This document shows positions 25,927 through 35,336 of a stretch of 35,336 bases of DNA, piece by piece. Made by a program: the position numbers and the translations under genes. Source of the stretch: a virus. Taxonomy: Duplodnaviria; Caudoviricetes. The stretch lies in the IMG/VR virus record IMGVR_UViG_3300032257_000563, positions 1-35,336 of that record; one strand, written 5' to 3'. The notes under the pieces are model-generated. The model was given only the letters and a program-made list of their open reading frames with translations. It was not told where the DNA came from and ran no database searches. The stretch's first letter is position 1. Each line of letters starts with the position of its first letter.

Positions 25927-26150
25927 GGCAATTCTGCTGCGGGGTAATAGGTTGGAATCCTGACATATTCATGAATTCTGATTTGTACGAAATATACGAT
26001 GTTTATAGTGGATATAACCAGTCTATTAACAATCAAAACACCTTTAATGCAGCAATTCACGGCGTAAAACTTAAGGGCAATTCTAACAAGAGAGTTCCTA
26101 CTATTGAGGAACATATAGACATTCTTAAAAACACAAAAAGACCTGATTGA
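25845..26150 (+). CDS. Tail chaperone frameshift extension (T part of G-T)
   Basis: -1 frame open for 101 codons from the slippery site: ...FPWRSIRQFCCGVIGWNPDIFMNSDLYEIY...RPD*, stopping 2 nt before the TMP ATG. Confidence 0.8.
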   Translation, partial: VRQSEGNNGASSKSSDITDSFFPWRSIRQFCCGVIGWNPDIFMNSDLYEIYDVYSGYNQSINNQNTFNAAIHGVKLKGNSNKRVPTIEEHIDILKNTKRPD

Positions 26151-26152
26151 AA

Positions 26153-29100
26153 ATGACAACAGTAGATAGATTAGTAGTAGAGATTGCATATAATAATGCA
26201 CAGCTCAAGAGGGGTGCTGTTACTGCAGATAATATTGTTTCGTCTACCTCTCGAAGGATGGAAGGTAATCTAAAGAATGTAGATGTTAAGGTTAATAGTC
26301 TCAATAAGAGCTTTATAAATCTTGGTACGGTTATTAGTGCTACATCTGCCATTATGGCGGGAAAAAGTATTAAAGATGCATCTATAGAATTTCAAAATAT
26401 TCAGGTTGCTTTAAAGGCAGTTACTGGAGATGCAAAACGTGCTGCTGCGGAGTATGCATTTCTTGAAAAGGAAACTAATCGCTTAGGAATATCTACAAAA
26501 GAAAGTGCATTATCTTATGCGAAACTTCTTGCCGCTGCTAAAGGCAATAATTTTGAGATAGCAAAAACTAGAGAATTATTCACTGCGGTTGCAGAAGCTA
26601 GTGCTATTTTTGGTCTGTCTGCTCAAGATACTGGTGGAATGATAAAGGCTTTCGAGCAAATCCTTTCAAAAGGCGTTGTTAGTTCTGAAGAGTTGAAATT
26701 ACAGCTAGGTGATAGACTTCCCGGAGCAATGAATATTGCAGCGAAGGCAATGGGAGTTGGTACTGCTGAATTTGTTAAAATGCTTGAGAAAGGAGAATTA
26801 CTTTCTAACGACTTCTTACCTAAATTTGCTAAAGCAATCAGATCAGAGTTTGCAGATGGTATTGAGGATGCTACAAGTAGTGCTAGAGCATCATTTGAGA
26901 GATTTAATAATGATGTATTTGATTATCTACAGAAGTTAGGAAATGAAACAGGCGCACTAGATGCTTTTGCAGATTCACTAGAAACTATAGGTGATAATCT
27001 TGATATGGTTTCCAATATTGCGGGTGGTGTTGCTGTTATTGGTGTTGCAAAATTAACAGGTGGACTGGTTGCATATACTGGCACTGCATTAGCAGCAACA
27101 ACTGCATCGACTGCATTATCTACATCTATGGCATTTTTTGGTGGGCCAATAGGAATAGCAGTTATAGCTCTTGCTGGTGGAATATCTTTAGTAGTAAATG
27201 AGCTTAATTCTGCGAATGAAGCGCATACTGAATTAAATAAGAGTATAGATGATGTAATTGGACTATATGAAAAATCTATAGAACTAACTAAAGAACAAAC
27301 GAAAGAATCTAAAGAGCAAGCAAAAGTTTTAAGAGAGCAAGCAGGTGCTCAGAAAGAATTAAATAAGCAAAAAATAAATGATCTTATTACTGATGCAAAA
27401 AGACTTCAAGAACAAGCTAAGAATAGACTTGGTAAGCTAGGTACAATATCAGGTACAGCTCGTTTGGGTATAGGAGTTCCTATTGAGTCTCTTCATGCGA
27501 AGCAAACTATCAAAAATTTTGAAGCTGCAGCACGTGAAGTAAGGCATTACACTAATGAATTAATTGATTTAGAAAAGAAGCTTAAAAGCCTTGATAGTGC
27601 AGAAAAAACTGCAATTGAAAATCTTGATAAAAAAGACAAGCAAAACAAGAAAACCAATAAAACGACCAAAGAGTCAGGGGTCGTTACTATAGAACATAAA
27701 GACTCAATCAACGACTTTATTAAAAGTCTTGAAAGACAGCTAGAGCTATCAAAATTATCAGATCGTCAACGTGATATAACAATTGCATTAGAAAAGGCTG
27801 ATACTCTTGCAAAGAAAGAAAACATAAAAGTTACTGATGAACAGATAAAACAAATTAAGAATGCTGTAAATGCTCAACATGATTATGCTGAGTCATTAGA
27901 AGAAGCTTCAGTTGAAACAGAAGAACTAACAGAAGAATTTCTTCATCTAAGTGAAAATATTCAAGACGCTACAGCCGATATGTTAGCTGATTGGGAATTG
28001 TCTTTTGATAGTATGACAGACATTGCAAAACGTGCTGCAGCTGAAATAGCCGCTGCAATGATATTTGATCCCAAATTCAGAGGTAATGTTCTTGGTGGAT
28101 TTTCTGGAGGTGACTCTACATCAAATAACATTAGTAATGGTTTTGGAAATATAAGCAGCCTTATTGGTTTGGGTGGAATATCGTCAGGTATTGATGGCTT
28201 AGGTGCTTCATACTTAGGAACTGGGTTTGGTAGTGATTTTGTTGGTCCATTGTTGCCAGGGCAAGGAGCATTAACATCTGCCTCTTTATCTGGAATACTA
28301 GGTGCTGCTGGTTTGGGGTTCGCTGGTGGTGGTATATTAGCAGATACTTTAGGATTAAAAAATACAGGAGGTTCTGTAGGTGGTGGAATAGGTGCTGGTC
28401 TAGGTTTTGCATTTGGTGGACCAATAGGTGGAATTCTAGGTAGTGCTGCTGGTTCTTTAATAGGAGGTCAATTTGGTGCTACTCCTAATCAAGCTAGCGA
28501 ATTTGAATATAATATTGGAAATGGCAAAACATCTTTTGGAGCAAAAGGCTTAGATCAAGAAGTTGGAAAAAATGTTTTCTCTCAACTTGATTCTTTCTTA
28601 ACTGGCTTTGAATCCATATTTAAAACCAATATTGATGGTGAGGTGCGAGGAGGATTCAACAAAGAAGTTCATGGGGGTTATTTTGTTGGTACAGGTGATG
28701 ATAGTAGTATATTCGGTTTTGATCCTGAAGATGCAGCAAGTGTGTCTGATGCTTTCTTTGATCTTACTGAAGAACTACTTAAAAGCAAGGAAGGCACAGA
28801 GGACTTATTATCTGCATTTGAATCGCTAGATAGGGAAGGGAAGACTATAGCGGAAGTTATGAGGGAGCTATCTATTGCTACTGGTGATTTTGCTAAGAAT
28901 TTTAATGAAAATATTGAAAGGGAATTAAAACAGCTAGAAGATCCTGAAGGGTTTGCAGTTCAGCAAATTAAGGATTTTTATGATAATCTACGTAATGAAG
29001 TTAAAGATATTGAGGGCATTAATATAAGTCTGATTGATAAAATTGAGCAGTTAAAAATTGATGAAATACTTGGTGAGGTTGTTGAAGCCCAAGGGAATTT

Positions 29101-30055
29101 ACTAAACTTTCAGAAAGAGCAATCTAGTATACTTAAATTACAGGTAAATGATTCTAGCAAGATTGCATCAAATTTTAGAAAGGCAAGCTCTACGATTAGA
29201 GGCTTTCTATTAAATGATACAATAACAAATGCTAATAAATTCTCTCCTACTGAAAGATTAAGTAATGCTCAGAACTTATTTAACGATTTAATAAGCAAAG
29301 CTCAGGCTGGGGATACAAACGCTGCTGAGGAAGCCGTAAAAGTAGCTGGTACTTTAGATGAATTATTATTTGCACAATTTGCTAGTACAGAAGAATATCA
29401 AAAAGGGACTGATTTAATAGATAATTCACTATCTTCTATAGCCGATAAATTCGATGTAGAAGCTAATTATCAACAAAGTATTGCAGATAGTGCATTAAGA
29501 CAAATAGAGCTGTTAGAGCAGATAGAGCGGAATCTAAGTATTCCAGCAAATGACAATAGTCCTTTTAATTTAAAGAATAATCTTCCTGCTTCTGAGGTAT
29601 TGGCAATAAAGAATTTTTTAATTCCTGATTTTCAGGCAAAATTTGGTAATTTTGATACTGCTGTTAAATCAGGCAATTCTGCTGCTGGCTCATTATTTAA
29701 TAAATATGTAGAGGCTGCTGGAGGGAATATTCAGAAATTCGCTAGTGGTGGATTAGTAACTGGTGGCATAAGTGGTGTTGATTCAGTTCCAGCACTTGTA
29801 GCACCTAAAGAATTTGTTTTGAGTGCGCCTGCTGTAAATAATATTGGAGTAGGAAATCTTAACTCTCTTAATTCTGGTGGCTCTATATCAGTTGATAATT
29901 CAATGGTTGTTAGTGCAATTAACTCAGGTTCGCAAAACACAGCACAAGGTATAGCAGCTTTAACGGCTGTTGTGGCAATGTTAGTAGATAAAGTTGATGA
30001 CATGCAGAAAGATATTGAAAGAGGAGTAAAAAATCCAAATAGAGCAGTGGCATGA
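26153..30055 (+). CDS. Tape measure protein
   Basis: ~1300 aa helical; EQILSKGVVSSEELKLQLGDRLPGA; Gly-rich TM block; FASGGLV.G..G.DSVPA...EFV. Confidence 0.95.
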   Translation: MTTVDRLVVEIAYNNAQLKRGAVTADNIVSSTSRRMEGNLKNVDVKVNSLNKSFINLGTVISATSAIMAGKSIKDASIEFQNIQVALKAVTGDAKRAAAEYAFLEKETNRLGISTKESALSYAKLLAAAKGNNFEIAKTRELFTAVAEASAIFGLSAQDTGGMIKAFEQILSKGVVSSEELKLQLGDRLPGAMNIAAKAMGVGTAEFVKMLEKGELLSNDFLPKFAKAIRSEFADGIEDATSSARASFERFNNDVFDYLQKLGNETGALDAFADSLETIGDNLDMVSNIAGGVAVIGVAKLTGGLVAYTGTALAATTASTALSTSMAFFGGPIGIAVIALAGGISLVVNELNSANEAHTELNKSIDDVIGLYEKSIELTKEQTKESKEQAKVLREQAGAQKELNKQKINDLITDAKRLQEQAKNRLGKLGTISGTARLGIGVPIESLHAKQTIKNFEAAAREVRHYTNELIDLEKKLKSLDSAEKTAIENLDKKDKQNKKTNKTTKESGVVTIEHKDSINDFIKSLERQLELSKLSDRQRDITIALEKADTLAKKENIKVTDEQIKQIKNAVNAQHDYAESLEEASVETEELTEEFLHLSENIQDATADMLADWELSFDSMTDIAKRAAAEIAAAMIFDPKFRGNVLGGFSGGDSTSNNISNGFGNISSLIGLGGISSGIDGLGASYLGTGFGSDFVGPLLPGQGALTSASLSGILGAAGLGFAGGGILADTLGLKNTGGSVGGGIGAGLGFAFGGPIGGILGSAAGSLIGGQFGATPNQASEFEYNIGNGKTSFGAKGLDQEVGKNVFSQLDSFLTGFESIFKTNIDGEVRGGFNKEVHGGYFVGTGDDSSIFGFDPEDAASVSDAFFDLTEELLKSKEGTEDLLSAFESLDREGKTIAEVMRELSIATGDFAKNFNENIERELKQLEDPEGFAVQQIKDFYDNLRNEVKDIEGINISLIDKIEQLKIDEILGEVVEAQGNLLNFQKEQSSILKLQVNDSSKIASNFRKASSTIRGFLLNDTITNANKFSPTERLSNAQNLFNDLISKAQAGDTNAAEEAVKVAGTLDELLFAQFASTEEYQKGTDLIDNSLSSIADKFDVEANYQQSIADSALRQIELLEQIERNLSIPANDNSPFNLKNNLPASEVLAIKNFLIPDFQAKFGNFDTAVKSGNSAAGSLFNKYVEAAGGNIQKFASGGLVTGGISGVDSVPALVAPKEFVLSAPAVNNIGVGNLNSLNSGGSISVDNSMVVSAINSGSQNTAQGIAALTAVVAMLVDKVDDMQKDIERGVKNPNRAVA

Positions 30056-31551
30056 GTTTTCAGGAATATGTAGATGATCCATATACAAAGAAAATAACTT
30101 TATATGAAGTTGAAGCTCGTGATCTTATAAATAACACAACTAAAATTTTATATTTAACGGATGGCAATTACTTTTGTACAGAACCTACGGATAACCCTGC
30201 AAATATTAATTATGAACCAAGGATAAAAGCAAATCTAAATTTTCAGAGTAGTACATTACCTGATTTTAGAAGCAGCTCTAATTCAGATATAGGGTTCGGG
30301 GTTTTAACTATAGCTAATACAGATGGTGAGTTTGATAACTGGAGTAACTTTTCTTTTAATGGAAGAAATATAACTAGGAAAATTGGCTCTCCTGACTGGA
30401 ATATAACTGATTTTATTACTACATTTTTTGGCACAATGCAGAATGTGGAGCAATCGGGTAATAGTATAAAGATAAATGTACGTGGTTTTGAGCATGTATT
30501 AAATATTCCTCTTCAGGCAAATATTTATGATGGTTCTAATAGTGGTGCAACAGGAGATAAGGGAACAAAAGGCAACGTCAAACCTATAGCGTTAGGTGAA
30601 GTAAATAACGTTACCATGTCTGTATCTAATTTTGTTGGACTAAGACATCAAGCAAATGATGGAGCTATAGAAGCAATTACGATTTATCAAAATGGTTTAG
30701 TGCTTACAGATACAGTTGGGTATGATAAAGATTTATCGACTGCAATAATAACACAAAATGTAGGAACTCTTGATCAAATAACAGCAGATATACAAGGTGA
30801 TAAAACAGGTGGAATTTATTACAAAGATACAGGTAATATTTTCAGGAATTTATTAACAGCCAGATTTTCTGGTTTGAGTGGAATAATTAATCAAAATTCT
30901 ATAACTACCTTTATTTCCAAAACTAATAAAACAATAGGTGTTTGGATTGATTACCAAACGACATTAAAAGAAATAAGAAAACTACTTTTTGATGGAGTAG
31001 GTGGCTATGGAATATTTAGACGTGATGGTCAAATGTACTTTGATATATTGGTAGTTCCCTCTGGTACAGCAACTATAGAACTTGATAAACACAATATAAA
31101 AGAAATTAGCATTGAACCTTCTGAAATTCCAGTCAACAAAGTTACAGTAAATTATGCAAGAAATTACACTATTCAAACAGATCAATTAGCTGGAAGTGTA
31201 TCAGATGCAAGGCGTGAATATGTTGGTGAAGATTATAAAAAAGTGGTTTCTCCAGTGGATTCAATGCAAACCGATGCAATAAAACTTCAACATCCATTAT
31301 CCGAAGAATTAGTTATAGAATCTACATTAAATGTTGAATCTGATGCTCAAGAATTAGCGGATAGACTATTTAGTTATCATGGCGTTTCTAGGATGAAATT
31401 ACGTGTTGATGTTTTTTTACAATCTGTAAATGTAGGTGATTTGGTTAAGGTTACATATAACCGACATGGCCTAGACTCTGGTGTTTTATTTAGGGTATTT
31501 GCTTGGGTGGAGAAAGGAAATAATAGAATTGTTCTGGATTTGAGAAGCTAA
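30052..31551 (+). CDS. Tail tip/hub protein
   Basis: Coupled to the TMP gene; G.L.IAN.DG.FD, KPIALGEVNN pattern seen in phage tail proteins. Confidence 0.65.
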   Translation: MSFQEYVDDPYTKKITLYEVEARDLINNTTKILYLTDGNYFCTEPTDNPANINYEPRIKANLNFQSSTLPDFRSSSNSDIGFGVLTIANTDGEFDNWSNFSFNGRNITRKIGSPDWNITDFITTFFGTMQNVEQSGNSIKINVRGFEHVLNIPLQANIYDGSNSGATGDKGTKGNVKPIALGEVNNVTMSVSNFVGLRHQANDGAIEAITIYQNGLVLTDTVGYDKDLSTAIITQNVGTLDQITADIQGDKTGGIYYKDTGNIFRNLLTARFSGLSGIINQNSITTFISKTNKTIGVWIDYQTTLKEIRKLLFDGVGGYGIFRRDGQMYFDILVVPSGTATIELDKHNIKEISIEPSEIPVNKVTVNYARNYTIQTDQLAGSVSDARREYVGEDYKKVVSPVDSMQTDAIKLQHPLSEELVIESTLNVESDAQELADRLFSYHGVSRMKLRVDVFLQSVNVGDLVKVTYNRHGLDSGVLFRVFAWVEKGNNRIVLDLRS

Positions 31552-32405
31552 TGGCAAAATTTGAAATTCTAAGTAAAAACGTAGCTGATACGGCAACGTT
31601 AAGCGGTGGCGGTTGGGTAACTTCTTTATCTTTATTAAACTTGCAAAATAAGCAATATCATAAAAGAGCAAGAAGCCTATCTCTAAATGCTTCAGATACT
31701 CAATTAATTGCTGTTTTTGCTAAGGCAGAATTAATAAATGTTGTTGGGTTAAGAAGTCATAATGGCTCTAACGGCGGAAGAATAAAAGTTACTGCATCAA
31801 ATAATAGCGACTTTTCCAGTCCGTTATTAGTTAAAGAACAAGATATATGGAAACCTTGGTTTTTCCCTACGGATAGACCCATAGAATCTGAAAACTGGTT
31901 ATCTGGAAAGCCAACTGATGCAGAAAAGGAGATATATCCATCAATATTTTTATATAAATTAGATAGCTTAATTAAGGCTCAATATTGGAAATTCGAGATT
32001 ATTGATCCCGATAATACTAAAGGATATTTTGAATCTGGTAGGCTGTTCATGGGGGTGTCATGGTCGCTGCCTATAGACATGATTGATCCTCCAACTATTA
32101 CACCTGTGGAAGTCATTAAATCTGATTCTTCTATTGGTGGACAAGAATACATACAATCATTTTATAAATACAGATTACTGAGCTTCACATTGCTTGGAAC
32201 AAAGAGCGATATATTTAAAAAATTCAATGACATGCAAATGAATATTGGTGTTTTAGATGAGATATTAGTTATACCCGATCCAGACGATGATCAGAACGAA
32301 ATTAGAGAAGTTTTCATAGGCAGAATTAAAGAATTATCTGAGCTTACCCCTCTTACAAAACAAAGTCATTACACAACAAAAGTTACAATTAAAGAGTTAT
32401 TATGA
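31551..32405 (+). CDS. Tail tip / distal-tail-like protein
   Basis: Position; A.YWKFEI.DP.N..GYFE.GRLF.G motif. Confidence 0.6.
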   Translation: MAKFEILSKNVADTATLSGGGWVTSLSLLNLQNKQYHKRARSLSLNASDTQLIAVFAKAELINVVGLRSHNGSNGGRIKVTASNNSDFSSPLLVKEQDIWKPWFFPTDRPIESENWLSGKPTDAEKEIYPSIFLYKLDSLIKAQYWKFEIIDPDNTKGYFESGRLFMGVSWSLPIDMIDPPTITPVEVIKSDSSIGGQEYIQSFYKYRLLSFTLLGTKSDIFKKFNDMQMNIGVLDEILVIPDPDDDQNEIREVFIGRIKELSELTPLTKQSHYTTKVTIKELL

Positions 32406-33349
32406 GCGATATATCATTTATAAATATTGGTGTTACATATAATACTAATGCTTGGCACGTGACAACAAATCCCTACGGATTGGGTGGTGAAGGGGTTATT
32501 CCAGAAAAGGGTAATAATCTTGCTAATCTACATGTCTCCGCTAATGCAGAATTTAATGCAATGCTTATTAATAACTCGTCTGGTTATTTAGGGACATCAA
32601 GTAGCTCTGTAACAATTGCAATTGCATTACTTACTTTTACATTAGATCAAGCACCGAACTATTTACCAAATATGGATCTACTTGGCTGGTCAATATCGAA
32701 TCCTAATCAAAAAATATACACCACTATAGATAGTTGGAATCCAACAACTAAAGAATTGATACTTAATGTATATAATGCAAAAGGTGATGGTACGATTGCT
32801 AGTGATTGGGCTTTTATGCCAGGTTCTCTTGGTCCTACTGGTGCTACAGGTGGTGGGGGTACAATGAATGCTCTAGCAGATGATATATCACCTCTATTAA
32901 ATGCTGATCTTGATGCTAATGATCAGGATATAACCTCTGTAAGAGATATTAGCGTTGCAAGTTTGATTGCAGGAGGTTCAATTGGTGCAAGTAGTCTTGA
33001 AATATTAGGTGGTATTAACGGCAAAGTATTATCAATCGATGTGTCAACAAGTACAAATTTTGTAGATGCAGAAATTAATAAAAGAGTCAGATTTACGAAT
33101 CCATTGGCAATAACAAAAACATTGGGTTTAGACAGTACCTTTACTAATGCACCTGTTAAAGATGAGCGTATAGAAATCGCCGTAAAAGGTGATGGAGATG
33201 TTACCTTTACTGCTGCTGCTGGTGTAACGGTTAATGGAGTTACGGCTGGTAGTATTACACTCAAAAAAGGGCAAGCGGGTGCATTTTTTAAAACTGGTAC
33301 AGCCAACACATGGGATTATGAGGGTATCTTTGCGGATAAGTGGGCTTAA
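32402..33349 (+). CDS. Putative tail fibre / adsorption protein
   Basis: Position; short GPTGATG collagen-like linker; G.GDVTF.A.AGVTVNG C-domain. Confidence 0.55.
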   Translation: MSDISFINIGVTYNTNAWHVTTNPYGLGGEGVIPEKGNNLANLHVSANAEFNAMLINNSSGYLGTSSSSVTIAIALLTFTLDQAPNYLPNMDLLGWSISNPNQKIYTTIDSWNPTTKELILNVYNAKGDGTIASDWAFMPGSLGPTGATGGGGTMNALADDISPLLNADLDANDQDITSVRDISVASLIAGGSIGASSLEILGGINGKVLSIDVSTSTNFVDAEINKRVRFTNPLAITKTLGLDSTFTNAPVKDERIEIAVKGDGDVTFTAAAGVTVNGVTAGSITLKKGQAGAFFKTGTANTWDYEGIFADKWA

Positions 33350-33425
33350 TCCTTTTAACCTTTAAAATTGTTATTATAAACTTAGAGTAGTTGACTTTAT
33401 TTATGAAAAAATATAGCTTTCTGCA

Positions 33426-33776
33426 ATGAAAAACCATCTTTTAATATTATTGATTTTTGCCTTTTCTGGGTGTGCTGGATCATCTTTAAGTGCGTTTGAA
33501 AAATGCAATGGACTTTTTGGAAAAGTGACTGATTGTGATAGAAGAGAAAGATATATTTCAAAAAATGAATTGTCCAAGGATATTGAAAGACTCATACGCA
33601 ATGGTAGAATCAGGGTTGGTATGACAGAGCATGAGGCTAGAGCTTCTTGGGGCAATCCAGAAAAGACTAACAAGTATAATGCGGGTAAAACTGAGCAATG
33701 GATATATGGTAAATATAAGAGTCAGTACCTGTATGTTAAAAATGGGAAAATTACCGATTGGCAATCTACCCAGTAA
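33426..33776 (+). CDS. Lipoprotein moron (SmpA/BamE-like fold)
   Basis: Signal peptide with FSGC lipobox; IRVGMT..E....WG.P......EQWIY...YLY..NGKI; own promoter TTGACT-N17-TAGCTT (33391-33419) and terminator. Confidence 0.75.
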   Translation: MKNHLLILLIFAFSGCAGSSLSAFEKCNGLFGKVTDCDRRERYISKNELSKDIERLIRNGRIRVGMTEHEARASWGNPEKTNKYNAGKTEQWIYGKYKSQYLYVKNGKITDWQSTQ

Positions 33777-33859
33777 AGAAATATCATCTTCCACCGATAA
33801 TTAGGAAGGGGGAGTAGGTACTATCTACACACCCGACATAAGAAATAACAATAACAAAT

Positions 33860-33887
33860 AAGCCTCTCAGAAATGGGGGGCTTTTTT
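33860..33887 (+). terminator. Intrinsic terminator
   Basis: AAGCCTCTCA-GAAA-TGGGGGGCTT followed by a T tract. Confidence 0.75.
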
Positions 33888-33903
33888 ATGAGAATATTTA
33901 ATC

Positions 33904-34725
33904 ATGTTTACAACAGCTTATTTAAGTCAACAATATGAACCACCACTTGTTTCAAGCGGTGCTGTTTGTCATCTCAATGCAGGGGATATTTTGTCTTATG
34001 CTTCACTTGGCCAACAATTGTGGAAAAATTTAATAGCATCCCCTGCTGATGGTGCTGCTCAGGCTGCTTATGATTTTGTGCTTGGAAATACTTCTTCAGC
34101 GGAAGCTTCAGACCCTGCATTTAATGGTGTAATCGGGAATGAATCAAAAAACGAATATTTTAGCTTTGATGGTGGTCAATATTTCACTCTAAATGGCGCA
34201 ATGACTACATTTCTTGAATCATTACATAAGAACAATGCAGCTTATACTTTGCTAGCTTGGTATGAAACGCCTTCTGTATATGATTTTTATCCTACTTTAT
34301 TTGATAACACGACTGGAGGCTTATCAACAAAGGGTCTTCGTTGGTATGGTGGCTCTTCAGGGGCTACAGAATTAAGAATCGCAAATGGTTCTGCAGCATC
34401 TCTTGGTAAAAGTGCTGCTGTCGATTCGGTAACATACCCAAATGTATTAATGAATGCTGTTGCACTTGATGAAGTTGTTGGAGCAAATGGACTTAGGTTT
34501 TATTCAAATGATGGAACTAACGAAAGAACTTCAACAGAAGATTCTACATATACAGCACCATCTGCACTTGCTGCGGATTATAAATTTCAGATTGGAGCAA
34601 ATGGGATTGGAGGCGATAGATTAGCCAACGGTCATAAGATGTTTGAATTCATGATTTATAACCGAGCTTTAACACTTAGTGAATTACAGCAAAATTATGA
34701 TGCACGAAAATTTAGATATTTATAA
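33904..34725 (+). CDS. LamG/ConA-like lectin-fold virion protein
   Basis: W.NL, YFSFDG, FQIG, IYNRALT.SE.QQNY.A...RY. Confidence 0.7.
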   Translation: MFTTAYLSQQYEPPLVSSGAVCHLNAGDILSYASLGQQLWKNLIASPADGAAQAAYDFVLGNTSSAEASDPAFNGVIGNESKNEYFSFDGGQYFTLNGAMTTFLESLHKNNAAYTLLAWYETPSVYDFYPTLFDNTTGGLSTKGLRWYGGSSGATELRIANGSAASLGKSAAVDSVTYPNVLMNAVALDEVVGANGLRFYSNDGTNERTSTEDSTYTAPSALAADYKFQIGANGIGGDRLANGHKMFEFMIYNRALTLSELQQNYDARKFRYL

Positions 34726-34737
34726 TAGGTAAATGAG

Positions 34738-35010
34738 ATGAAGCAAGACGATTATAAAAATGTTCCTGAAACTGTTAATACGCAACCTAGAAAAGCGGTA
34801 TCAATAACACCAGATGATGCAAACGATCTTGAAAAACCCATAAGGGCATTCAGAGTAAAAACTAGTGGTAATGTACAGGTTTTGTTTATTGATGATACAG
34901 TTCCAGTTCTTTTGGAAGGTTTTATCTCAGGAGATATATTTAATTTAGGTGTTATAAAAAGGATTTATGCAACAAATACTACAGCTACTAATATTATAGG
35001 GTTTATATAA
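34738..35010 (+). CDS. Head spike base protein (RcGTA Rcc01079-like)
   Basis: AVSITPDD..DL..P.RA..V...GNV.V......RIYAT.TTAT.I.G. Confidence 0.75.
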   Translation: MKQDDYKNVPETVNTQPRKAVSITPDDANDLEKPIRAFRVKTSGNVQVLFIDDTVPVLLEGFISGDIFNLGVIKRIYATNTTATNIIGFI

Positions 35011-35336
35011 TGTTTGCAATAAATACAGATATTCATAATTGGTCGCCACCAAAAGCGATGACACCTGATAGGGTTTCTGATCTACAATTCTGGATGGATA
35101 GTGCAGATGCAAATAGTGTAACTCTTGCATATCAAACAGCAACAGAAACGGTATCTGGTACTAGTGGAACAACGGTGTTAACAGCATCGGCAACAATGGC
35201 ACGTATAGCTAAAGCTGGAATGTCTATAAGGGTTAATAGTGCAGATGTATATACTGTATCTAGTATTAGAGGTACTACAATCAATACCGTTGAGAATTTA
35301 ACTTCTACATACGCAGCTTTAACAAGTTTGGAGGTA
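35010..35336 (+). CDS. Partial spike/fibre protein (runs off the window)
   Basis: TAATG overlap; open to the end: MFAINTD...TPDRVSDLQFWMDSAD..., Thr/Ser-rich. Confidence 0.65.
   Translation, partial: MFAINTDIHNWSPPKAMTPDRVSDLQFWMDSADANSVTLAYQTATETVSGTSGTTVLTASATMARIAKAGMSIRVNSADVYTVSSIRGTTINTVENLTSTYAALTSLEV

Larger units (their letters stand above)
1..35336. mobile_element. Temperate siphophage / prophage, incomplete at right
   Basis: Integrase, immunity switch, replication, HK97 head and non-contractile tail modules in lambdoid order. Confidence 0.95.

Noticed and set aside
28080-28480. Gly-rich repeats in the tape measure gene
   Set aside because: Ordinary glycine-zipper/TM block of tape measure proteins.
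15487-35142. Short minus-strand and nested ORFs across the late operon
   Set aside because: Overlap canonical structural genes; no independent support.

Overview
AT-rich temperate siphophage (prophage or phage contig) with lambdoid organisation; the gene families look alphaproteobacterial (DUF6362-like regulator, DUF3168 tail terminator, RcGTA-like spike base). Left to right: integrase/excisionase and a leftward early operon with RecET (1-4.9 kb); an accessory island between two operator clusters (DUF3800 gene with an adjacent structured ~80-nt RNA candidate, FxLYD membrane protein, Dam-type MTase plus an apparently crippled PD-(D/E)XK nuclease, a membrane protein); cI/cro/cII-like switch; a reverse-oriented RelE/XRE toxin-antitoxin pair; replication initiator with iterons; late regulator; DUF2971 and DUF2513 morons; terminase, HK97-type head including a MuF-JAB fusion plus candidate immunity ORF; neck/tail genes with an inserted glycosyltransferase-like gene and a -1 frameshift chaperone; tape measure, tail tip/fibre, lipoprotein moron and head-spike genes (truncated at the right edge). 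No att site or lysis cassette is visible. All family assignments come from motif recognition by eye, not database searches. Best candidates for new biology: the DUF3800 + convergent ncRNA unit, the virion MuF-JAB/immunity pair, and the tail-module glycosyltransferase.
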